From NCBI GenBank assembly GCA_035303925.1, contig DATGQY010000150.1, forward strand, positions 4,847 through 68,846: a stretch of DNA of 64,000 nt, read 5' to 3'. Of the stretch, positions 24,508 to 33,403 are shown piece after piece (within the stretch, counting starts at the first letter, position 1; each line of letters starts with the position of its first letter). The notes beneath the pieces are model-generated. The model saw nothing but the letters and a program-made list of their open reading frames with translations, ran no database searches and had not been told where the DNA came from. This DNA is from Marinobacter sp. Its GTDB lineage: Bacteria; Pseudomonadota; Gammaproteobacteria; Pseudomonadales; Oleiphilaceae. The translations under genes and the position numbers were made by a program.

Positions 24508-26925
24508 CTAAACGTTGGCCCGATCATTGGTTTCAAGCCAGTGGATAAAGTCCTGCTCAGGCAGGGGGCGACTGTAGAAGTAACCCTGTGAGAAATCGCA
24601 GTTTTCCATTCTCAGAAAGTGCGTTTGCGCTTCTTCTTCGACGCCTTCTGCAATAACCCTGAGCCCAAGGCTGTGGGCCATATTGATGATGGCCCGGACA
24701 AGAGAGGCGTCTTCGGCTTCGCTGAGAACATCCTGGATAAACGATTTGTCAATCTTAAGGGTATCAAATGGATAGCTCTTCAGGTAGCTCAGAGCAGAAT
24801 AGCCGGTTCCGAAATCATCTACCGACAACCGAATGCCGGCACGGTCGAGGTGCCTGAGGATGTCTGCAGTTTCTATGGTGTTGTCCAGAATCAGTCGCTC
24901 CGTAATCTCCAGTTCCAGAAGTTCGGGTTTGAGATTGCTGGCATTCAATGCTCGCATCACGACGTCAGTAAAGCCCGGGTCACGGAACTGCCGCGGCGAT
25001 ACGTTGACCGCTATGCCGATATCGTAACCGGCCAGAGCCTGCCAGCAGCGGGCCGCTTTGCAGGCTTCTTGAATCACCCATTCACCGATGGGGATGATCA
25101 TGCCGGTTTCTTCAGCAAGGGGGATAAAACGATCGGGCATCACCAGGCCGAGGGCGGGATTGTGCCAGCGAAGCAGGGCTTCAGCCGCGACCAGGCGACC
25201 GGTCGTGGTGTCGACGATGGGTTGGAAGCATAGTTGGAACTCATTCAGCTCCAGGGCTTTGCGCATGTGGGATTCCATGTGCAGGCGCTCATGGGATACC
25301 TCGGTCATCTGAGGCGTAAACCTTGCGAAAGCGCTCTTGCCCTTATGCTTGGCTTCGTACATGGCTGCATCCGCATGCTGAAGCAGCGTGCCACTGTTAT
25401 CGGCGTCATTAGGGAAGGTGGCAATACCGATGCTGGTGGTGACAAATACCTCTTGTGCATTGAGCATGAAGGGTGTTGAAAATGTCTGAAGAATCCGTTC
25501 CGCAACCTGGCAGGCAGCGTCAGATCCGGTCAGGCCGGGAAGAATAACCAGGAACTCGTCGCCACCCAGCCGGGCAACGGTGCTGGTGCCTCGCAGGCAA
25601 CTGGATACCCGGCGGGCTGCTTCAATCAGCAGGGTATCTCCTGCGTCATGGCCCAGGGTGTCGTTGATGTGTTTGAAGTTGTCCAGGTCGAGAAACATAA
25701 CGCCAACCTGGGAGTCATCCCGACGAGCTTGAGCCAGCGCCAGTTTCAGGCGGTCAAGCGCGAGCATCCGGTTTGGCAAGCCAGTAAGGATGTCGTAATT
25801 TGCCTGTCTTAAGAGCTGCTGTTCATAGCGTTTACGGATGCTGATGTCTTCGCCAAGTATCAGGTAGCCGGTGGTTTCGCCGCTGTTATCTTTAATCGGC
25901 GTAACAACAAGCTGTTCCCAGTACCGTTCACCGTTGCGGCGTGCGCTGTTGACCTCGCCCTGCCACACACCGACTCGTTGTACTTGTAACCGAACCGATT
26001 GCCAGAGGTGCTTGGCCTCATGGGAATCCATGCTTTGCTCAATCAAACTGGAAGGATGTTTTCCTTTGATCTCTGCCGGGTCGTGCCCGGTCAGCTGACT
26101 GAACTTCCGGTTGGCGTATTCGATCCGCCAAAGTCTGTCACAAATGAGTACCGATGAGGGGCTTTGATCGATAGCTTTGGAGAACTTGAGAATGTCCGCA
26201 GCATCGCGCTCGCGACGGTCAACATCATCATTCAGTCGCTCTCGCATCTGGTTTATGGCATCGGTCACCATGCCCAGTTCGTCCCGTTTGTTTGCGGGCG
26301 TTTCATGCCGGTCCAGACGTAGCGGTCGCGAAAGGTTTTTCAGAGAAAGGTCTCGGGTGTACTGCGCCATGGCGGCGAGATGGCGTGTCACCAGGTGGCG
26401 GAATATCCAGAGAATCAGGATGGAGACAATAAAGATCGTGAGGAACTGGGTGGCAAGCGTTACGCCCACCTTTGTCCGCAGGTCACTGTAAATACGATGC
26501 AAATTGGCGGTGATGGTCAGCTCGCCCAGTTCAAAGAGTTCACCTTCCTCATAGACCAGCTGGAAGCTGTGGGTGAGGGTGTCAGTGTTCCGCGGAATCT
26601 CACCCATCACCAGTTCTGAATCCGGTTCTATTCGCAGGCGCAGGTGGGAGATGTCCGGAAGGCTGAGAATGCCTTCCATCTGGCTTTGCAGCAATTTCTG
26701 GTCGAGAGCCCACAAGCTGCGACCAAGGCTGGATGCATACCCGGACTCAATGACCGCCATGCGTTCCTCTATGTCGCCGAGATCCTTACGGTAATCAGAG
26801 TAGATCTGAACACCTGACGCCAAAAGAGTCAGTGCAGAACTGAACACAAGAATCCACGCCAGCAGCCTGAAAGAAAGGGGAGAGGTGTTACGAAAGCGTT
26901 TCAGACGACTCGTAATTTCGGGCAT
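24508..26925 (-). CDS. Membrane-bound HAMP-PAS-GGDEF-EAL c-di-GMP enzyme
   Basis: Two TM helices, HAMP (DELGMVTDAINQM), PAS, RLGGDEF, EALLRW, DDFGTGYS; start uncertain (26925 or 26961). Confidence 0.92.
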   Translation of the reverse strand: MPEITSRLKRFRNTSPLSFRLLAWILVFSSALTLLASGVQIYSDYRKDLGDIEERMAVIESGYASSLGRSLWALDQKLLQSQMEGILSLPDISHLRLRIEPDSELVMGEIPRNTDTLTHSFQLVYEEGELFELGELTITANLHRIYSDLRTKVGVTLATQFLTIFIVSILILWIFRHLVTRHLAAMAQYTRDLSLKNLSRPLRLDRHETPANKRDELGMVTDAINQMRERLNDDVDRRERDAADILKFSKAIDQSPSSVLICDRLWRIEYANRKFSQLTGHDPAEIKGKHPSSLIEQSMDSHEAKHLWQSVRLQVQRVGVWQGEVNSARRNGERYWEQLVVTPIKDNSGETTGYLILGEDISIRKRYEQQLLRQANYDILTGLPNRMLALDRLKLALAQARRDDSQVGVMFLDLDNFKHINDTLGHDAGDTLLIEAARRVSSCLRGTSTVARLGGDEFLVILPGLTGSDAACQVAERILQTFSTPFMLNAQEVFVTTSIGIATFPNDADNSGTLLQHADAAMYEAKHKGKSAFARFTPQMTEVSHERLHMESHMRKALELNEFQLCFQPIVDTTTGRLVAAEALLRWHNPALGLVMPDRFIPLAEETGMIIPIGEWVIQEACKAARCWQALAGYDIGIAVNVSPRQFRDPGFTDVVMRALNASNLKPELLELEITERLILDNTIETADILRHLDRAGIRLSVDDFGTGYSALSYLKSYPFDTLKIDKSFIQDVLSEAEDASLVRAIINMAHSLGLRVIAEGVEEEAQTHFLRMENCDFSQGYFYSRPLPEQDFIHWLETNDRANV

Positions 26926-27123
26926 GTTTCTGACTTGGCCACCGCATGAAGTACCGGACATAACCGCTGACTGGTTGAGATTCCTGGTTCGGGCTTATCT
27001 AGCAAATCCCTTGCAATTGACTATAGCAGCAGTTTTTTTCAAATGCGCTGCAAACGCAGGAAAAATCGGGAAAAACCCGCACCGTTTCTCAACTTGGTTG
27101 TTTGTGGGTGTGTCGTCAGGGGC

Positions 27124-27137
27124 TTGATGTAGATCAA
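27124..27137. promoter_or_regulatory. FNR/Anr box
   Basis: Perfect TTGAT-GTAG-ATCAA; TAACCT at 27160-27165 fits a class II -10 element for the downstream small ORF. Confidence 0.85.
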
Positions 27138-27202
27138 TACCCGGAAATGGGCGTCGGCGTAACCTGAGTTTAATCAAGTTAGATCAAAGCTGGGGGTAAG
27201 TC

Positions 27203-27352
27203 ATGTATATGGACGTTGTTGTAATCGCAGGTATTTTGACAGTGCTGCTGATGATCGGATTCTTTGTTGGCGTTGGGATCTTCGTCATGAAAGATCAGAA
27301 GAGCCATGCCGAGAAAGGAGCGAAGATCAATCACGGTAGCCACACGGGGTAG
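27203..27352 (+). CDS. ccoM: Small membrane protein resembling cbb3 oxidase accessory subunit CcoM (49 aa, not in the ORF track)
   Basis: MYMDVVVIAGILTVLLMIGFFVGVGIFVMKDQKSHAEKGAKINHGSHTG; single TM helix, GGGGG-type RBS, upstream FNR box. Confidence 0.75.
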   Translation: MYMDVVVIAGILTVLLMIGFFVGVGIFVMKDQKSHAEKGAKINHGSHTG

Positions 27353-27372
27353 TACCGGAGCGTTTGAAAAAT

Positions 27373-27448
27373 TGGCGTCCCCTAGGGGGTTCGAACCCCT
27401 GTTGCCGCCGTGAAAGGGCGGAGTCCTAGGCCACTAGACGAAGGGGAC
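27373..27448 (-). tRNA. tRNA-Glu(TTC)
   Basis: Reverse complement GTCCCCTTCGTCTAGTGGCCTAGGAC...CTTTCAC...GGTTCGAACCCCCTAGGGGACGCCA. Confidence 0.97.
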
Positions 27449-27487
27449 GCAACGTTTTCAAAAGCTTGCCTCGTCGAGGTGGCGCGT

Positions 27488-27516
27488 ATATTAAGTAAGG
27501 CGTTTGACTCTGTCAA
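27488..27516 (-). promoter_or_regulatory. Sigma70 promoter of tRNA-Glu
   Basis: TTGACA-17 bp-TAATAT followed by a GC-rich discriminator (ACGCGCC). Confidence 0.7.
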
Positions 27517-27535
27517 CGCTTTTGAAAAAAAATTA

Positions 27536-28438
27536 TTAAGTCACACTGTCAAGCAGTGCAGGTTTCAGAGTGGGATAGCTAAACCGAAACCCTTCAGCCT
27601 GAAGCCGCGCGGGGATTGCGTGCTGTCCGGTTAACAGCAGCCCCGCCATTTCTCCAAGAACAACCTTGAGCACCGGTGCCGGTGCCGGAAACAGCGCCGG
27701 GCGATGCAGCACCGCTGCCAGGGTACGTGTGAACTCTGCGTTGGTGACCGGGGCTGGACTGACCATGTTATACGGCCCTTGCGCGTCCTTGTTGTTCATC
27801 ATCCACAGCAGTCCTGCGACAACGTCATCCCGGTGCACCCAAGGCATGTACTGGCGCCCGGACCCCAACCTTCCCCCCAGGCCAAGCTTGAAAGGCAGCA
27901 GCATCCGCTTAAGGAACCCTCCGTTTTTACCTGCTACGACACCGGTACGGGAAAGACAAACTCTGACGGAATCTGCCTTTAACGAAAGGGCTGCCTGTTC
28001 CCAGTCTGAGCACAGCTGGTGGGTGAACTCCGGGTGCGGTGGTGTTTCCTCGGTAACGAGTTGGTCACCCTGGTCACCGTAATAGCCCACTGCCGACCCC
28101 GAAACCAGCACTTCCGGCAAGGTGTCCCAGGTTCTGATCACCCGGACCAGGTTATGGGTCAGCAACACTCTGCTGTCGAGAAGAGCGGCTTTCCGGGCCG
28201 CGCTCCAGCGCTTGTCGGCAATCCCTTCACCGGCCAGGTTGAAAACGGCATCAAAACCCGAGTGGGCTTCCAGCAGGTCGAGACGGTTTACGGGCTCGAC
28301 CGGTCCACACATCGCGGTGACAGCTTCAGGGTCTTGCCGACTCAATACCGTCAGTGAATAGCCTTGTGCCAGAAGCGCTTTACATAACTCGCGCCCGATG
28401 AATCCGGTGGCCCCGGTTACAAGAATCCGTCTGGTCAT
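27536..28438 (-). CDS. TIGR01777 / YfcH-like NAD-dependent epimerase family oxidoreductase
   Basis: ILVTGATGFIG, NLAGEGIADKRWS, SAVGYYG, GLGGRLGSGRQYMPWVH. Confidence 0.92.
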   Translation of the reverse strand: MTRRILVTGATGFIGRELCKALLAQGYSLTVLSRQDPEAVTAMCGPVEPVNRLDLLEAHSGFDAVFNLAGEGIADKRWSAARKAALLDSRVLLTHNLVRVIRTWDTLPEVLVSGSAVGYYGDQGDQLVTEETPPHPEFTHQLCSDWEQAALSLKADSVRVCLSRTGVVAGKNGGFLKRMLLPFKLGLGGRLGSGRQYMPWVHRDDVVAGLLWMMNNKDAQGPYNMVSPAPVTNAEFTRTLAAVLHRPALFPAPAPVLKVVLGEMAGLLLTGQHAIPARLQAEGFRFSYPTLKPALLDSVT

Positions 28439-28472
28439 ACCTGGCTCCAAAGAAAACAGTCGCGTTGTCGGT

Positions 28473-28850
28473 TTAGCCGGCTGATTTTGCCAGTTCTTCC
28501 TGAACCACATCCCTGATCGCCTCTCCCAGGTGAGGGTTCTGGCCGATGGGGTCAGCAAGTCGCATGGAAACGCCATGCTGTTTTACAATTTCTTCGATCA
28601 TCTCCGGAACATCTTTGCGCAAATGTCTGCCGGCCGCCAAAAACAGCGGAACCACCGTAAACTGCTCGGTACCTTGCGCTTTGGCCTGGGCTACTATGGT
28701 TTCCATAGACGGTTCGGCCAGTTCCATATAGGCGATGGCGGAGTTTTCGATTGACCGAAGGGTTGGTTCGGCCAGCTTTTCAAACGTTTCGCACCAACGT
28801 TTGTCGCTGCTGCCGTGGGCCAACAGAATAATCTGATGCGGATTGCTCAT
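28473..28850 (-). CDS. Short CbiX/SirB-type class II chelatase (125 aa)
   Basis: LLAHGS, AYMELAEPS, VPLFLAAGRHLRKD His motifs; GGAG RBS before ATG 28850. Confidence 0.85.
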   Translation of the reverse strand: MSNPHQIILLAHGSSDKRWCETFEKLAEPTLRSIENSAIAYMELAEPSMETIVAQAKAQGTEQFTVVPLFLAAGRHLRKDVPEMIEEIVKQHGVSMRLADPIGQNPHLGEAIRDVVQEELAKSAG

Positions 28851-28906
28851 GTAATCTCCGGTGTGGTCCGTTGAATGAAGTTTCAAATGTATCAGGGAGC
28901 TGACTA

Positions 28907-29509
28907 ATGTTCGATTGGAAAGAGCTTCTGGATTTCTGGTTTGGAAAATTAGATGACCAGGGCTTACCGGACAGCGATCACCGTAACCGGTGGTTCCGGT
29001 CTGACCGGCGCTTTGATCAGGAGGTTCGGCGCCGGTTTTCTTCACTGGTTCTCTTCGCCTCCGAACAGGGGCTCGAGCATTGGCGGGAGGCACCGGGCGG
29101 GGCGCTTGCTGAGATAATTTTGCTGGATCAGTTCACCCGAAATATCTTTCGCGGCACATCGCTGGCGTTCGAGCATGACCGGTTGGCCCGCCAGCTTTGC
29201 AAGACGGCAATGCAGAGGGGGCAGGATCAGGCTCTGCCAGTGGTTATGAGGGCGTTCCTCTACATGCCGCTGCAGCATTCTGAAAAGCTTGAAGATCAAA
29301 ACCTTTCGGTTGAGTGCTACCAACAGTTGGCGGCCTCAGAGTCCGGATTGCTGGGAGATTTCCTGGAGAGCTTTGTCGAGTCCGCAAAAGATCACCGTTC
29401 GATTGTGGAGCGATTTGGTCGCTTCCCGCACCGCAATAAAGCACTCGGTCGAGCGTCGAGAGACGAAGAGTTGGTCTATCTTGAGGGAGGCTCCAGCTTT
29501 GGTCAGTAG
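28907..29509 (+). CDS. DUF924 family protein
   Basis: LDFWF, IILLDQFTRNIFRG, FLYMPLQHSE, RFGRFPHRN. Confidence 0.9.
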   Translation: MFDWKELLDFWFGKLDDQGLPDSDHRNRWFRSDRRFDQEVRRRFSSLVLFASEQGLEHWREAPGGALAEIILLDQFTRNIFRGTSLAFEHDRLARQLCKTAMQRGQDQALPVVMRAFLYMPLQHSEKLEDQNLSVECYQQLAASESGLLGDFLESFVESAKDHRSIVERFGRFPHRNKALGRASRDEELVYLEGGSSFGQ

Positions 29510-29621
29510 CTCAAACGGCATGGGAATCTGCCGATTCGTTCAATGAACTTCGAGCAATAATCCGTCACACTCGGAACAATTGATCAAAACCAATAATAAT
29601 GAGTTCAGGACGAATGACATC

Positions 29622-30356
29622 ATGGATCAGTCCCTATGGCAGTCAGCGGGTGGAACGGTCAGGCAGAGTGACCCTCTGGCAGTGAATACCTCGGCTTTTC
29701 GTGGTCGAAAAACCTCAAGAGTCAAAAGCGAGCGCCGCCGTAAAGAAATTCTTGAAGCCGCTATCCGCGTTGCGGCACGTGAAGGAATACGGGGGATCAA
29801 GCATCGCGCTGTGGCCGCAGAGGCCCGCGTGCCATTAGCTGCAACCACTTATTACTTTCGCGATATCAACGAACTGGTTAATGATGCATTTGCGCTTTTT
29901 GCGGTTGGTGCGCAACAGCAGCTGCAGGTGTTCTACGAAGCCCTGACCCTGGTTCTTGACGGTTTGCAGCCGGATCAGCTGCTACGTGACAGCAATTACC
30001 GGTCAACGCTCGCCGAGCGATTAACCCAGATATCGCTGGCGTGGATGCAGGATCAGTTTTCCCGTAGAAGAGACCAGGTTCTGGCGGAGCAGGTTTTTGT
30101 TATGGAAGCGCTGCGGGATGAGCGCCTGGCAGTGGTGGCCCGTCGATACCGGCAATTCTGGATCGACGGCCTTGAAAGGCTTCTGAGTCGCCTGGATTCA
30201 CCGCTTCCTCGTCAGGATGCCACCTTGATTGTGAACGTCGTGCTCGGAATGAGCTACGACTTGCTCCTTGAAATACCCGGCGCAGAGTCGGAAGTCTTGA
30301 GTGCCTCTGTGGAGCGTATTGTACAGTTGGCACTGGGTATTCAGCCGAAGCAGTAG
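29622..30356 (+). CDS. TetR family transcriptional regulator
   Basis: HTH ILEAAIRVAAREGIRGIKHRAVAAEARVPLAATTYYF; start 29622 (ATG) or 29580 (TTG). Confidence 0.88.
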   Translation: MDQSLWQSAGGTVRQSDPLAVNTSAFRGRKTSRVKSERRRKEILEAAIRVAAREGIRGIKHRAVAAEARVPLAATTYYFRDINELVNDAFALFAVGAQQQLQVFYEALTLVLDGLQPDQLLRDSNYRSTLAERLTQISLAWMQDQFSRRRDQVLAEQVFVMEALRDERLAVVARRYRQFWIDGLERLLSRLDSPLPRQDATLIVNVVLGMSYDLLLEIPGAESEVLSASVERIVQLALGIQPKQ

Positions 30357-30393
30357 ATCAGTCCCGGTCCGTCAAAAAATTTTCATAAAGTTG

Positions 30394-30421
30394 TTGACGC
30401 CCGGTCACTTATCAGTAGAAT
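30394..30421 (+). promoter_or_regulatory. Sigma70 promoter of tRNA-Gly
   Basis: TTGACG-16 bp-TAGAAT with an AT-rich UP region. Confidence 0.75.
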
Positions 30422-30458
30422 ACGCAGCCGTTGAGAGGCAATGCCTCGAAGCCGAAAA

Positions 30459-30534
30459 GCGGGAATAGCTCAGTTGGTAGAGCACAACCTTGCCAAGGTT
30501 GGGGTCGCGAGTTCGAATCTCGTTTCCCGCTCCA
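30459..30534 (+). tRNA. tRNA-Gly(GCC)
   Basis: GCGGGAATAGCTCAGTTGGTAGAGCACAACCTTGCCAAGGTTGGGGTCGCGAGTTCGAATCTCGTTTCCCGCTCCA. Confidence 0.98.
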
Positions 30535-30540
30535 GATTAA

Positions 30541-30569
30541 AAAAACCCGACCCGAGAGTCGGGTTTTTT
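30541..30569 (+). terminator. Intrinsic terminator after tRNA-Gly
   Basis: AAAAACCCGAC-CCGAGA-GTCGGGTTTTTT. Confidence 0.88.
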
Positions 30570-30663
30570 GCTTTCAGATTCCGGATAACTCCCCCTTCAG
30601 CCGTTACCGTCAGTTATACTCTTCACCCTCATTTTACGAATCGGATTCTTTCGAGTGCGCACT

Positions 30664-31461
30664 ATGAAGGTCACGTCTCTTTTCCTTTATCCCGTTAAAT
30701 CACTTGCGGGCATCCCGGTTCAGTCTTTCGAGCTTGATGATTTTGGTCCCTCGGGCGATCGTCGCTGGATGATTGTCGATGAGTTTGGTCAGTTTGTAAC
30801 ACAGCGTCAACTGCCGAGTTTGGCGCTGATCCAAACAGAATTTGGGCCTGAGGGTGTGTCGGTAGCCATACCGGGCGAGGGCACTTTCTTGTTGGTGCCC
30901 ACAGAAGAGCAGTTGCAGGTTACGGTTTGGCGGGATGATGTCACGGCCTGTGCGGGCCAGGAGCTGGTGAATAGGGCGTTGACTCGTTTTTCCGGCCAGA
31001 GCCTGAGGTTTGTCTATATGGCCAACTCGAGCTACCGACGGGTCGATCCGGAACGGGTAGTGGCTTCCCGTCGTGTTGGGTTTGCTGACGGTTTTCCAGT
31101 GCTTCTGGCGAATCAGGCATCTCTGGATGAACTCAATGACCGGTTGGAGCATCCGGTCGATATCCGCCGTTTCCGTCCCAATATCCTGGTTTCGGGGGGA
31201 GAGCCGTGGGCGGAAGATCATTGGCGTACCTTGAAAATCGGGTCGGTGGGGTTTTCGGTCGTCAAGCCATGCTCGAGATGCGTAATGACCACTGTTGACC
31301 CGGATACCGGTGAAAAAGACGTCAATACCCAACCTCTCAGAATGCTGTCCACCTATCGAAAAACCTCGAATGGGGTCATTTTCGGGCAGAACGCGATTCA
31401 CGAGACTCCGGGCCGTGTGGCCGTTGGAGACCGTGTAGTCATTCAGAACAGGAGTATGTAA
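30664..31461 (+). CDS. MOSC domain protein (YcbX/mARC-like)
   Basis: YPVKS, GDRRWM, FADGFP, RRFRPNI, KPCSRC, FGQN. Confidence 0.92.
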   Translation: MKVTSLFLYPVKSLAGIPVQSFELDDFGPSGDRRWMIVDEFGQFVTQRQLPSLALIQTEFGPEGVSVAIPGEGTFLLVPTEEQLQVTVWRDDVTACAGQELVNRALTRFSGQSLRFVYMANSSYRRVDPERVVASRRVGFADGFPVLLANQASLDELNDRLEHPVDIRRFRPNILVSGGEPWAEDHWRTLKIGSVGFSVVKPCSRCVMTTVDPDTGEKDVNTQPLRMLSTYRKTSNGVIFGQNAIHETPGRVAVGDRVVIQNRSM

Positions 31462-31465
31462 CAAA

Positions 31466-33403
31466 GTGCCTTTATTAACCCTGGATAAACTATCTCTGGC
31501 TTTCGGCATGCATCCTTTGCTGGATGCGGCTTCGTTAATTATTGAGCCGGGAGAGCGGGTTTGCCTTCTGGGGCGTAACGGTGAGGGCAAGTCGACTCTG
31601 CTGAAGATCGTCAGCGGTGAAGTCACTCCGGATGGCGGTGTCATCCGGTTCGAGGAAGGGTCCGTTCTTTCTGTTTTGCCGCAGAACCTGCCGTCCGGAG
31701 ATACCCGGACAGCCTATGATGTGGTTGCCTCTGCCTTTCCGGAAACGGGTGAACTTCTGGTTGAGTTTCATCATCTATCCCAGCAGGCCGATGAAGCCAG
31801 CCTGGAGCGCATGATGAGTGTTCAGGAGCGCCTGGAGGCTCTGGATGGCTGGCGCCTGGATCAAAAAGTGACCACCATTCTGGCTCAATATGGGGTCGAT
31901 CCTGAACGAACTCTGAATACCTTGTCTGGAGGTTGGCAACGACGCGTACTGCTTGCCAAAGCGTTGGTTGCGGAACCGGATATCCTGTTGCTGGATGAGC
32001 CGACCAACCATCTGGATGTCCCGGCCATTGCCTGGCTTGAAGACGCCTTGACGCAATTCCGGGGCGCCATGTTGTTTGTCAGTCATGACCGCGCGTTTAT
32101 TCGTCGGATGGCAACCCGGGTGGTCGAGCTGGACCGAGGGCAGCTGGTGAGTTTTTCTGCCTCCTACGACAAGTATCTTGAGCTCAAGGAAAAGGCGCTG
32201 GAAGAAGAGGAGCGACAGAATGCACTGTTCGACAAGCGCCTGAAGCAGGAAGAGGTATGGATCAGGCAGGGTATCAAGGCGCGTAGAACCCGTAATATGG
32301 GGCGGGTGCGCTCGTTGAAGGCCATGCGCGAAGAGCACCGGCAACGCCGTGTCCGTGGCGGGACGGCAAGTTTTTCGGTCGAGGAGGCGGCCAGGTCCGG
32401 GAAGCTGGTGGCAGAGGCCAGTCATGCTGCCTTTGCCTATGCCGGACAAACCCCGGTTATCCAGGACCTGAACCTGACAGTGCTGAGGGGTGACAAGATA
32501 GGTCTGGTGGGTGAGAACGGCACCGGTAAGACAACGTTGGTTCGCTTGCTGCTAGGTGAGCTCGAACCTACTGAAGGTACCGTGCGGCTTGGCACCAACC
32601 TCCAGGTTGCCTATTTTGATCAGTTGAGGGGAGAGCTGGACCTCGAACGAAATGCGCTTGACAACCTGTCTGAGGGTCGTGAATTCATCGATATCAATGG
32701 CCAAAGCAAACATGTTTTGGGGTACCTGCAGGAATTTCTGTTTACGCCTGAGCGGGCACGTTCGCCGGTCAGCGTTTTCTCGGGCGGTGAGCGGGCCCGG
32801 TTATTGCTCGCCAAGTTGTTCAGCAAACCCGCCAATATTCTGGTGCTTGATGAGCCAACCAACGACCTGGATGTTGAAACTCTGGAGCTGCTGGAAGAGC
32901 AACTGTCTGAATTCAAGGGCACCGTTATTGTGATCAGTCACGACCGGGAGTTTCTGGATAATGTCGTGACCGATATCATTTTTCTCGATGGTTCCAGCTC
33001 GGTTCACGAATACGTGGGTGGCTACAGTGACTGGCGCCGTCAGGGCGGCAGGTTTCCCTCCGAAACATCGGGTAGTCGTCCAGATAAGCAGGACAAGCGT
33101 GATAAAACCGGCAGTTCTGTAAAAAAAATGGAGCCAGATGGCGGGACTGTGGGTCAGTCGTCAAAACCGAAAAACGTGAAGCTGAGTTACAAGGTAAAGC
33201 TTGAGCTCGAGCAGTTGCCCGCTAAGATTGAGCAGCTGGAAACAAGAGTTGCAGAGCTACAGGACATGATTTCTGCTGCGGATTTTTACTCACGGCCATC
33301 GGAAGAAGTATCGGCCACTCTGGAGCAATTGTCGGAAACGGAAGCTCGTCTGGAGTCGGTTATCGAAAGGTGGATGGAGCTGGAAGAGCAGGCAAACCAA
33401 TGA
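31466..33403 (+). CDS. uup: ABC-F family ATPase Uup
   Basis: Two ABC domains (GRNGEGKS, GENGTGKT), WIRQGIKARRTRN linker, C-terminal KLSYK coiled coil. Confidence 0.92.
   Translation: MPLLTLDKLSLAFGMHPLLDAASLIIEPGERVCLLGRNGEGKSTLLKIVSGEVTPDGGVIRFEEGSVLSVLPQNLPSGDTRTAYDVVASAFPETGELLVEFHHLSQQADEASLERMMSVQERLEALDGWRLDQKVTTILAQYGVDPERTLNTLSGGWQRRVLLAKALVAEPDILLLDEPTNHLDVPAIAWLEDALTQFRGAMLFVSHDRAFIRRMATRVVELDRGQLVSFSASYDKYLELKEKALEEEERQNALFDKRLKQEEVWIRQGIKARRTRNMGRVRSLKAMREEHRQRRVRGGTASFSVEEAARSGKLVAEASHAAFAYAGQTPVIQDLNLTVLRGDKIGLVGENGTGKTTLVRLLLGELEPTEGTVRLGTNLQVAYFDQLRGELDLERNALDNLSEGREFIDINGQSKHVLGYLQEFLFTPERARSPVSVFSGGERARLLLAKLFSKPANILVLDEPTNDLDVETLELLEEQLSEFKGTVIVISHDREFLDNVVTDIIFLDGSSSVHEYVGGYSDWRRQGGRFPSETSGSRPDKQDKRDKTGSSVKKMEPDGGTVGQSSKPKNVKLSYKVKLELEQLPAKIEQLETRVAELQDMISAADFYSRPSEEVSATLEQLSETEARLESVIERWMELEEQANQ

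Noticed and set aside
30459-30660. Possible genomic island at tRNA-Gly (also considered for tRNA-Leu and tRNA-Glu)
   Set aside because: No integrase, duplicated tRNA 3' end or evident compositional shift; flanking genes look like core genes.
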